Shown piece by piece: positions 49,073-60,882 of a DNA stretch of 64,000 nt. Below the pieces are notes generated by a model. It saw only the letters and a list, made by a program, of their open reading frames with translations, searched no databases and was not told the origin of the DNA. Within the stretch, counting starts at the first letter, position 1, and every line of letters begins with the position of its first letter. The stretch is from a virus. Position numbers and translations under genes: made by a program. The stretch lies in the IMG/VR virus record IMGVR_UViG_3300031521_000021, positions 52,624 to 116,623 of that record. One strand, 5' to 3'.

Positions 49073-52000
49073 AGAATTGATGGTGTTTTAGAAAGGAGTG
49101 AAAATATGAAACAAGAAACATTAGAGATTTTGAGAAATGATTTGAATAAAAATAAAAAGTATGAAGAAAGTTGGGAAAAGAATAAAGACTTTTTTTATGA
49201 ATTTGAATATCTACCCGTTTTAACTAAAAGAGATAAAGATGGCATACTACAAGAAGTTACTCATAGTAGTAATAGATTATTATTTATAAGTGAGAAAGGC
49301 GAATAAATTAATAGAAACAAATTGACAATATAAAATAATAAGAGTAATATTATGGTAATAATAAATTAATAAAGAGGTAGATAAAAATGAATAAAGCAAA
49401 AATGTCAGAACAATTTAAATTATTCTTGCAGTTACAAAGAATGGACATTAATAAATATGAATACATATCAAAAGATTGTACGGATTATAAGGTTAAAAAT
49501 ATTCAAACTGGTATAGTAGGTTATATTAGATATTAAGGAGGAAATAGAAATGTTACAAGAAGTAGAAGTAAAATGTCCATATTGTGAAAGTAAAGAAAAA
49601 GATGTAAGTATGTTTGGTGCTGATTTATTTGAGTATAAATGTTTAAAGTGTAAAGAATATTATCAAGTACAATATGCACGTATTCCAGTTGAAGTAAAGA
49701 AATTAAGCCAAGATAAAGTTAAGAAAAGAAAAGAGTTTTGGAATGATTTAAATAATAAATAAAGGCTTTAAAGTTGTCATTTTAAGGTAATAAATAAATT
49801 AACAGAAATGGAGTGGATGTTTAAATGTGTGAAATCAAACAAGAAGTAAAAACATATATAATAAATAAAACTTGTGATAAATGCAATAATGGAATCATGA
49901 AACAAATAAAAGTTAATATTATAGAAGAACCGATAACTTATACTCATAAATGTAATAATTGTGGGCATGAAGAGATATTAAATCAAAGTTATCCTAGAAT
50001 TGAATATGAATACATTAATAAGGAGGCTTAAACAATATGTTTAAAGTAAAGTTAAGTAAATTAGCAGATATAACAGATACTTATATCTATGGTGGCGATA
50101 GTTATGAGTTAAAAATCACTATAGAAGATGGGGAAAAATATATTGAAGTTTCCGAGAAATCAGAAATAAATAAAGATAGGATTGAAGAACTAAAGTCGCT
50201 TATCATAGAAGATAAAGCATTATTTCAAAATACAGTAAATAGATATGTTTGTACTCTTGATGATATGGACGGAAGTGCGGTAGAACAGTATTTAAAGAGA
50301 TTAAGATATCATGTTCAAGAATTAAATACAAAGCTAGTGATCTAAGACATAGATACTACATATGGAGAGATATAAGAAAAGGTTATATTGATAAAGATGG
50401 ATCACCACTAAAATGTCACAAGTGTAATTCTAAAGAGTTAGAAGAGTATGGACAGTATTATGAAGAACATTATTGTATTGAATATGGTGTAAAGTGTAAA
50501 CATTGTGGTCAGAAATTAGGATATTGGGCATATGGTAATTGGGGAATGTAAAAAGCCATTAAGTTACTTCTTTTATCTTAACTTGATAAATTAAAAATAA
50601 TATAAATATATAATATGAAAGGAATTGAATAATAATGAATTATAAAAATATAAAAGAATTACAAGAATCTTTACATAAAGAAATTAATGAGGTTTTAAAA
50701 GTAAATACAGAACAAACATATAAAGATTTAAAAGAAATTGCCAATAATATAATTAAAGAATATGAATTAGAAGCTAAAAGATTTGAAAAGAAAGAAAAAC
50801 TAAAAAGAGATATAAAAATAATACCAGCGTTTGATTACTTATTAACTGATGAGGGTGATAAGAAGTATGGTAGGAGTTCAGCGTATATGTTATGTAGTGT
50901 TGAAGGAGAATTGGGCAAAGTTGTATTAGAAGTTAACACAAAATGGTTTTTGCCTATTACATCGGATTATATGTGGAAAAGTGAAGTCGTAGAAAGAAGA
51001 GGTCAATTTGGATTAGATTGTACATATAGGTGTTGGTATAATGGAGCAAGTTCTCATATATTTTATATATTAACAGATAAAGAGCTTGATTTAATGCATA
51101 TAGGTGGAAGTAATGAATATCAAAATGGATATGTACCATATGCTACAACTAAAGAACAGGAATTCGTTGATATATTAATACATGATGGTAGTAATAAACT
51201 ATTTGAAGAACTAGAGAAAGTTTATTTTGGATCACTAAACCACTAAAATATTACTTTTAAAATAAATTTAATTAAATAGGTGAAAATATGGGTTTTGGAT
51301 TTATGAAAACTATGGAATTGGAAAAAGAATTATTAGATAGAGATTTAAAAAGATTAAAAGAAGATAATGAATTGGCAATGATAGGTAGACAAGAAGCCTT
51401 GCAGTTGAGAGATAGATATAATTTATCTAATGAACTATTAAAACAAGGTTTATTGTCAGGTATATCAGTTGAAGAAATGGAGTATATATTAAATAAAGTT
51501 AAAAATAGTGACATAGATATAGATTATAATATTGCACTTGAAGTATTTTTAACTTATAAAGATTTAGAAAAGAGAGTTAATAAGAATAAATTAATTAAAG
51601 GAGGATATTATGGACATAAGAGAGATATTAAAAAATGGTGATATATGTGAACTTAAATATTATGAAGGGATAACATTTGGTTTATATATGGATGGATATT
51701 TATATAAGAATCAAGATAATGATGTCATGTGTCAAATAGGCGGATTTGAACCAATGGTAATTAGAGTTATGAGACCATCTTCGATGAGAAATGCATTTGA
51801 ATTATTTAGATATGCAGATAATTATAATTGGAGTTATAAAGAATATGGTCAATTCGATGTTGCATACGAGAAATAAAATAATAAAGGAGTTTTTGTTAAA
51901 TGGAAGAGATAAATGTAAAAGGTATAGTACAAAGAGAATCTGGAATAGGTTGGCGTTTAAAAGATATTGAAAAAGAATATAAATATTATGATGTAGAAAT

Positions 52001-53509
52001 TATAAGAGGTATTAATGATTTATTTAATAGAAATTATAAAGAAATTTATTTGCGTGAAGGTGACGAAGTTGAAATTTCTATTAAAATAAAAAAGAAAGTT
52101 GAGGAAGAATAATGTTTTATGTATATAGTAAAAGTCCAGAAACTTATATGGATGAAGCATTAAGCACTAGAAAGAAAAAGAAAGTATATTCCGTTCAATA
52201 TAAACATGGTTATCCGTTCTTTACTTTCTATGAGAACGAGAAATGGGTGACTAGAAGTGCTAAATATTATGTACCAACAGAAAATTAATAGATAGGAGAG
52301 TTAATATAAATGGATAATATTAAAAAATTACTAAAAATGCTAAACAATATTTGTGACAACAGTAAAGATTTATATATGGGTTGTTCAGTTTGTCCCAATC
52401 ATAATTGTTGTAATAAAGGAGTATGGGAAAATGCTTATAAAGAGTTAGAAGAACTTGAACAATTAACATCTAAATAAAAATTTAATTTTAAAGGATTGGA
52501 GGTTTAAAGATGAGAAATGCTATTATAGGGAAAATAGAGGATTTCAGAATAACAAAAGGCAAAGCTTTATACACTGATAAATCTTATTGTAAATATTTAA
52601 AACGTGTTAAAAACAGAAATAAACTATATGATAAATTAAGAAAGCTAGGGAGATAATATATTTAAAACAAATTAATAGAAATAAACTATTGACAATTGTA
52701 AATGGAAGATGTAACATAATATTGTAAGTATTAATAAATTAATAGAAGAAAGGAAATGATAAATGATGAAATCAACAAATGAACTTAAAAATAGTAAACA
52801 ATTAAAATTACAACAAAGATTAAAAGAGAATACTGAGCGAATAAATATGGAATTAGTTGAAATTGAGAAAGCTCAAAATAAGTGGGAGTCAGATTTAGAT
52901 GATTCTAAACAATATTTTGAAATTCCAATAATAATAAAAACCCAAGAAGTAAAAGACTTATTACATAATCAGGGATACATAATTGATAGAATTAGCAACG
53001 ATATAAAAGTAAACACAAGTAGAATATATACAGATAAAGAGGCTTATAGACTAGCAGTTCATAAGAGATATACTGGTAGCGATAATAAACAACAAGCAAA
53101 TTTAAAAAATAATTCTACAAGCAATGATGAGTATCAATATTATCCTTTAAAAGAAAATTATTTTGATTTATTAACTATGATTAGTAAAAAATTAAATAGT
53201 ATTAATCAATAAGATAAATTAAGAGGAGATGATTAAACAAATAAAATTATAAGGAGAGAAAAATAATGAATGAACAATCTTTAATAAAATTAATTGAAGA
53301 CTATTGCAAAGAAAATGATTTAAAAGTAAATGATATCTATAATAAAATAGCAGAACTTTATCAAGATAAGGAATATGGTGTTAATCCCAATGTTGAAAAA
53401 GATACTTACTGTAAAAACAATGGACTAGATTACATAAGCATAACAGGTTGGCTACAAGAATTAAATATAGTAGATAGGTATGTAACAATTTTTAATAAGA
53501 TGGTAAGAG

Positions 53510-54088
53510 GTGAATATAATATTGGATGAGGAAATTTGGAAAGATATCGAAGGATATGAAGATTATTATCAAGTAAGTAATATGGGGCGTGTAAAAGGCT
53601 TAAGTAGAATTATAGAATGTAAAAATGGATTTAGGCAATTAAAAGAAAGAATACTGACATTTATGAAAGATAGGGATGGTTATCTTAAATTGAGTTTATC
53701 CAAAGATGGAATATCAAAACAATATATAGTACATAGATTAGTCGCTGAGGCTTTTATATTAAATCCAAAAAAATTACCACAAGTTAATCATAAAAATGAA
53801 TTTGAAAAATGGAATAATACAGTTGAAAACTTAGAATGGGTAACAGAAAAGGAAAACATAAATTATGGAACGGGTTTAAAAAGAAGAGCTGATAAAAGGT
53901 CTAAAAGGGTTTATCAATATTCAAAAGATTATGAATTAATTAAAGTTTGGAAGTCAGCAACAGATACAAAAAAGAATGGATATAATGCAAAGCATGTGTC
54001 AGCTTGTTGTAATTTAAAAAGAAAAACTCATAAAAACTTTATATGGAGTTTTGAATTAATCAATACAGATGAGAGGAAAATAATATGA
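53510..54088 (+). CDS. NUMOD4-HNH-NUMOD1 homing endonuclease
   Basis: EIWKDIEGYEDYYQVSNMGRVK; VHRLVAEAF..NP..LPQVNH...NLEW. Confidence 0.92.
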   Translation: MNIILDEEIWKDIEGYEDYYQVSNMGRVKGLSRIIECKNGFRQLKERILTFMKDRDGYLKLSLSKDGISKQYIVHRLVAEAFILNPKKLPQVNHKNEFEKWNNTVENLEWVTEKENINYGTGLKRRADKRSKRVYQYSKDYELIKVWKSATDTKKNGYNAKHVSACCNLKRKTHKNFIWSFELINTDERKII

Positions 54089-54972
54089 AAAGAAATATAA
54101 TATTACATTTGTTTCAGTGGAAATTACAAGATATAATATCACAATTAAAAATTATATCTGAGCAAGGATTTAATAAGATACAAATAAGTCCTATACAATT
54201 TTGTAAGGAAGGAGAAGAATGGTGGAAATGTTATCAACCATTTGGATTTAAAATAGGAAACAATTATGGTTCAAAAGAAGATTTAATTGAATTATGTAAG
54301 ATGAGTAAATTATATGATATTGATATTATATGTGATGTTATAGTTAATCATATGGCAGGAAGTGATGATGCTAGCATAAAACCACATGAGAAAGTAGACC
54401 AAAGGTTAGTAAGTAATCCTGAATTTTGGAGACCATGTCAACCAATTGATAACTGGGACGATAGATGTCAAGTAATTACTAGATGTGATGGACTACCTAC
54501 TTTAAGACTAGAGAGATATGATATTCAAAATTTAATAATTATGTTTTTAAATGAATTAATAGATTGTGGAGTTGGTGGTTTAAGATTTGATAGTGGAAAA
54601 TCAATTGCTTTACCAGAAGAAAATTCAAACTTTTGGATAAGAGTAATGGATAATTTACATCGCAAAGAGGAATTATTCAATTATGCTGAAGTGATATTTG
54701 CTGATAAGGACTTATTGGACAAATATAATAAATACATAAATGTAGTTACAAATTCATGGAGCAGTTCTAAAGCCAATATGGTTACGTATTGTGAATCGCA
54801 CGATAGCTACTTAGGTATAGGGTATACAAGAAAAATGACAGATGAAATGTTAGTTAAAGAATGGGAAGTGTTACTTAAAAATAGAGAGTGGAGCGTTTTA
54901 TTTTTTGCACGTCCTTGGAGTGATTTATGGTGCAGTGATAGAATTAAGAATATTAATAATACATATAAATAA
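54085..54972 (+). CDS. GH13 alpha-amylase-family glycosidase, short, no signal peptide
   Basis: QISP, WW..YQP, DVIVNH, GLRFDSGK, YAEV, ESHD conserved regions. Confidence 0.88.
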   Translation: MKRNIILHLFQWKLQDIISQLKIISEQGFNKIQISPIQFCKEGEEWWKCYQPFGFKIGNNYGSKEDLIELCKMSKLYDIDIICDVIVNHMAGSDDASIKPHEKVDQRLVSNPEFWRPCQPIDNWDDRCQVITRCDGLPTLRLERYDIQNLIIMFLNELIDCGVGGLRFDSGKSIALPEENSNFWIRVMDNLHRKEELFNYAEVIFADKDLLDKYNKYINVVTNSWSSSKANMVTYCESHDSYLGIGYTRKMTDEMLVKEWEVLLKNREWSVLFFARPWSDLWCSDRIKNINNTYK

Positions 54973-57900
54973 ATTAATAGAAAGAAGTGATGAATTAAAA
55001 TGGTATTGTATTTAGAACATATTTTAAGTGGGAAAACACAAACATTGAATAATATTATATCTGTATCAGAAAAGGAAAGTATAATTGAAGTAACTACAAC
55101 AACAGAAACTTTTAAAATTGATACAAATAAAGTTAAATTTACATTAACTGTTTCTATAAATACAAGAGATAAATTGATGGATGAACTAAATATAAGAATG
55201 GATGAGTTATTAGAAAAACAAAGAAATAATCAAATAACAGATGGGCTACAAGATGTTGAAAATATAAAGGATTTTATTAAAAATTATACAGGAGTTAGTG
55301 AACATGATAAGAATGAATTAATTGCGCAAATTAATTTACTTGCATTTGAAGTTATTATGAAGAAAAAACTTAGTGAATAAATGTAAACAATTGGCTTAAA
55401 ATGGAAATTTAAAAAGCTTATTGAAAGGAGCAATATTAAATGGAAGTAAAAATGATAAGATGTATTTGTACTGAGAATGGGCGACTAGAAATAACAATAA
55501 ATAGAGAATACATAGTGAATAAAGAGGATTTAAATTCTTACAGGATAAAAAATGATATAGGAAAGTATTTATGGTATAACAAGGAATATTTTATAGACAT
55601 GGAAGAAAAGAAAGACCTAAATATTATTGAAGCAAGCAATTTGCCTTATGGTACTGAGTTTAAAGTTAAAATTGACCACTATTATAAATATGATGATGCT
55701 TGTAGAATTAGGGATAATACAAAATTAATAGCAGTCAATACTCAAAGTGGAATTAAATTTAAAGAATATGCTGATATTGAAAGGGCATCAAAAACACTTA
55801 TTAATGCTAAGTTTGTTCCAATTCAATCTTCAGTAACTTTTGAAGAAGTAAAGAAAGAATATAGAGAAAATAAGAAACCCATACAAAGTTGTGTTAGTGA
55901 AAGAATATTTAGAAATGGAGTAGATGTTGAAATAGGATTTTCTGAAATAGAAGGTCAATGGATAGTATTAGATTAAAAAGTTGATAAGATCTTGAATTTA
56001 TCGTAATTTGAATAAATTAATATAAGAATAAAATATAAAGGAGAATAAACAATGAATGATTTAATAGAGTTAATAAACAAATTTGTTAATTATGAAAATT
56101 TTAGCATACAAGATTTTAAATATATAAAAGAAGATTTAGAATTAAATAAATTAGACACAAAAGAAATGGAGAAATTTATCAGAGATATCAGTGAGAGATG
56201 TTCACAATTTATAACAGAATTATCTGAACAATTCAATTCTTTATCTGAAGACCAAGTAAAAAGTATAGATATATTAAATAAGAATAACATTAAATGGGAA
56301 TTAAAAAGTGATTGGAATTTTAACAAACAAGGCTATACATATAAGGTTGTAGTTGATAGTAAAGAGGAGGCTAAATAAATGGAGAAAGCATTTAGAATTG
56401 AAAGCGATGCAGAATATTATATAGATTTAGAAAAATATATAACTAACGCAGATGAACAAAGAAGATTAGTGAATGAGTTTCTTAAAGATCACAATATAGA
56501 AGCTAATAAGTATTGTGTGGGTGGAAGTGGTTTTGTAAATAAACCATTTAAAGAATTTAATAAAGATGAAATTATACTAGATATATTACCTACAGAAAAA
56601 GATAAAGAAAACTTTGGTAAAATGCTAAAAAAGGAAAATGATTATGGTTTATGTGGTTTTAAAAAGAAAAGCAAAATTAGTAAAGAATTTCAAGACTATT
56701 GTATAGAGACTAATATGATTATAAATATAAATGAGCCAGATTTAAGAGATTATTTGAAGTCTTTAGATTGGTATAAATATAGTAGAAGTTTAATTAAACA
56801 TGAAGACATATACTATTTAAAAGTACAAAGTGATTTATTAAAAGATGATGATATTCCTGAAGGATTTACTGAAATTAAAATAAGTGAATTTTATAAAATA
56901 GTTGAAGAAAGCAAGGAGAATAAATAATATGACAGAAATTGAAAAACAATTATTAGAAATAAAGAATTCAAAATATGGTTTTGATTTTATGAAATATTTA
57001 GTGAATTTATTAATTCAACAAGACGAAAATAACAGAACTATAATAGAATCAGAAGTGCGTAATACAATAGAAAAAGAACACAGAGAATATATGGAGGGAC
57101 TTAGAAAAGCAACTGAAGATTCTAAGAATTGGAATTTAAAGAATACAGATTATATAGGTGGACAATTCTATTCAAATAATGATTATGCATGGTTTAGGTA
57201 AAATAATGTTTTTATGGTATTTAGGAGGTGAATTAAAATGAAATTAAAAGAAATGATTATACCAACAAAACAATTCATTGCTGATGTATTAATTCTAACA
57301 GGTTTGACATATTTATTAAAAGCATTTTGGGACGAACTAGAAATTCTGTTTGATGGAGGAATACAAGAAAGTATATCTGATACAGTGATAGCTATTATTA
57401 TAATTTGGTTTGTATGGTATAAAATAAGACAATGGATAGTCATTAAATAAGTTTGAATAAATGGAATATATTAAAGGAAGTTGAGGAGTGAATTATTATG
57501 AAACCAGCTTATATAAAACCAATTAGCAATAATGCGTATAATTGCATAAATGCGAATGGTAATGGAAAGATTGTAGGAGTAGTATTTTTCAATCTATTTC
57601 CACATTACAAAATAGAATATGATATGTTTGACATAAGAGATGAATCAAAACATCGTGCTGTATTTGGATTTATTCCAGTATCAGAAGTTGATAGTGGAAT
57701 GTATGAAATTGTAGATTATGAGTTTTAGTTTTTAAACATAAAATGAGATATTTAACAGGAGGTAGATTATGAACAATAAACTAATAAAAATTATTCATGG
57801 TGAAGATTTTAATAAAATAGAAATTATCATAAATAAAAACAAAGAAATAGAATTTTCATGTATGGATTCATATTGGAATAAAAGTTATGTTGAATTAAAT

Positions 57901-59396
57901 ATAGATAAAGCAAAAGAATTAGTAGAAGCAATTAATACAGCCATTACTAAAATAGAGGAGGAAATAAATAATGAAAATTAAATATAGATTAGATTTTGTA
58001 ATAGATGCAATATTAGAACTTAATGAGGATGATTTAACAGAAGAAACATTAACTGCAATGAAGAATGGAGAACCTTTTGTGACTGATAAAGATAGGGAAA
58101 ATATGATTGAGGATATAGCTTTTAAAATGGGAATTAAACCTAGTGAAATTAAAATAGAAAATGAAGATATTAGAGTTATAGAAAAAGTTGAGGAGGAAAA
58201 GAAAGATGTATAAAAGATGTATTAATGGACAAGTAGATGGAGTGTCTGAAAATAGAATATATAAGATAAGTGAAAATAATATAAAAGTTGGAACAGATGG
58301 TATCTCTAGATATTGGATATTAGATGATTATGGTGTTTACAATGAATTTAGAGCAGATAGATTTATTGATGTTGAAAAATATTACTTTCAATTATGGCAT
58401 TGTTTAGATTTAGATGACTTAGACTTAAATAAGCAAGCAAAAGATATTATTGACAAATTAGATTGTCATTATGGTGGTTATCAAGTAGACGATGAAGAAT
58501 TGTTAAAAGCGGACTTAATTTTATTTGATATTAAGGAGATAATGGATTTAAGTTGTGAATTAGATGATGATATGGTTATGTATGGTTGTAATTATGAATA
58601 TTTAATGACTAAGGAAACTATGAATAAATTAGGATTAAGTTAGCTCGTTTTAAAATATTAGTTTTATCAAGAAAAGGAGGAATAATGAAATGGATAGGAT
58701 AGAGTTAGAAAATGGTTCAATAATTGAAAGTATAGATAATATTGGAGAAAATACTAGAAGTAAAAGAGGACAAGAACAAGTAGATAAAATTATAAAAAAT
58801 AATGAAATACCCAAAAGAAGGAAAGGCGGAAGTATCGAAGAAAGTGCTAGAATGGAAGAATGTATAAAATCACAAATGAAAAAGGATAAAACAATGAAAA
58901 GTTTAGAATGTACTAGAACAGATTGTGAATATTTTTATGAAAATTATTGTTTAGCTGATAGAAAAATATTTATCAATGAAGATGGTTGTAAAACTTTTAA
59001 AGAAGGAACAAATATTTTATATAAAGGTAAAATTGATATATGTAATTGGTGTAAACATAAGCCATTTTATAATTGTGATGTTAATTCGAGAGACATCGAA
59101 ATTGCAAAAGGAATAGGGATTATAAAATGTAAGGAGTATGAGGAATTATGAAGATAAGGATATATGAAAGTGAGATTGAAGAAGAAATTGTAAAAGCTTT
59201 AGTTAATGAAGACACTAAGCAATTAATAATGAATGGTGATTATTATCATGACAAGATAACTGAGAAAATACAGGGATTTTTACAAGGGTTAGATTATACA
59301 AAATTTGGATATGAATGGTTAGAAACTAAAGTTATTAGTGAAGATGATGACATGTATTCTATTTGTAGATTTGATATGTTATAGGAGGGCGTAAAT

Positions 59397-60077
59397 ATGA
59401 ATAAATCAATATGTTTAAAAACTGATGAAGTTAGATATATATTAGATGATAAAAAGAAAACTATAAGAATACCAATTAAAAGAACTCCATCAAACGATGA
59501 ACCTTGTGGTTATGGATTTTGGAAAGCTTATGAAGAACGTGATGGTAGATGGTATATTAAAGATTATACTCATTCTCCTGTGTGGTGGACATTAGAAGAA
59601 TACATAGATAAATATAGTAAATATCGTGTAGGAGATGTTATTTGGGTAAAAGAAACTTGGACATTTTGTAATGGATTAAAGTTGTGTAAACCTAGTACTA
59701 TGAGTAAGAATGCAATTGTTAATCAAAAGAATGAAAATTTAGTATGGTATAAAGCTGATGATAATGAAGAAATTCCTGATAATTTAATCGTTGGAGAAAA
59801 ACTAATGAGCAGAGATAAATGGAAATCATCCGTTCATATGCCTAAAGAATTATCAAGAATATTTTTAGAAATTGTTGATATAAAGATTGAAAGACTTCAA
59901 AAGATGAATACAGAAGATTTTTTAAATGAGGGAGTTAGAGAATATACAAAAGAACCGAAAGAAGCCTATATAAAATACTGGAATGGTTCTTTGAGTAAGA
60001 ATAAGAAAGATATGTATAGTTGGGAACAGAACCCTTATGTATGGGTAATTGAATTTAAAAGAATAAACAAACTATAG
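59397..60077 (+). CDS. ASCH/PUA-like conserved phage protein
   Basis: ILD.KKT.R...GDVIWVKETW...WKSSVHMPK..SRI.LEI...NPYVWVIEF. Confidence 0.75.
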   Translation: MNKSICLKTDEVRYILDDKKKTIRIPIKRTPSNDEPCGYGFWKAYEERDGRWYIKDYTHSPVWWTLEEYIDKYSKYRVGDVIWVKETWTFCNGLKLCKPSTMSKNAIVNQKNENLVWYKADDNEEIPDNLIVGEKLMSRDKWKSSVHMPKELSRIFLEIVDIKIERLQKMNTEDFLNEGVREYTKEPKEAYIKYWNGSLSKNKKDMYSWEQNPYVWVIEFKRINKL

Positions 60078-60378
60078 GAGGAGATGATTATACTTGATAA
60101 AAATATTACATGACTTTGAAGATTTAAATGATAAAACAATAAAATATTATGAAAAATGGAATATGTTTGTGACTAATAATAAAGAAATATTAATACATAA
60201 AATAGAATATGAATACGATGAATCTTACAAATATGGAGTTTTGGAATTTGAAAATGAATGTGAAATAAAATCACTAATTGTTTTAGATGAAAATTTTAGA
60301 AAAATACTATTACAAGAAGGTGTGATTAATCAAGAATATATAAATAAAATATCAAATGAAAGAAGGTTAATTAAGTAA

Positions 60379-60882
60379 ATGAATTTTATAAATAATGAAA
60401 ATGTAATAATTCAAAATAGTTTGTTAATACCATTATCAGAAGAATGCAATAAATATGTATTTCAAAATTGTAGAAATAAATGGATTACTAAAGATGGAAT
60501 AGAAATAGAAGTAAAAGATATGAGTACAAAACATATAGAGAATTCGATTGCTATGATTGATAATATATGTTCTAAAGAATGTATCAGTGTAAATAGTCAT
60601 GAAATTTATAATATTCTAAATGAAGAATTAATAAGAAGAAAAATAAATGCGAATAAAGTTAATGAATGGATTTTAAAAGAAAATAAGTTGCCACAACAAG
60701 ATACAGTAATTTTAGTAACAATAAAAGACGATAAAGGCGAAAATTATGTTAGGTCAGCACAATATTGGAATGACCATAGATTTCATACCCTTAACAACTT
60801 TGGTTTTGCTTCTGATATTACAGATGATGTTATAGCATGGCAATTATTACCTAAACCATATAATGAAAATATTCATTCATAA
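60379..60882 (+). CDS. Protein with C-terminal DUF551-like domain
   Basis: WI....KLP...VIAWQLLPKPY. Confidence 0.65.
   Translation: MNFINNENVIIQNSLLIPLSEECNKYVFQNCRNKWITKDGIEIEVKDMSTKHIENSIAMIDNICSKECISVNSHEIYNILNEELIRRKINANKVNEWILKENKLPQQDTVILVTIKDDKGENYVRSAQYWNDHRFHTLNNFGFASDITDDVIAWQLLPKPYNENIHS

Noticed and set aside
43386-54088. Group I introns hosting the HNH genes
   Set aside because: HNH ORFs are free-standing with their own RBS and do not interrupt recognisable genes
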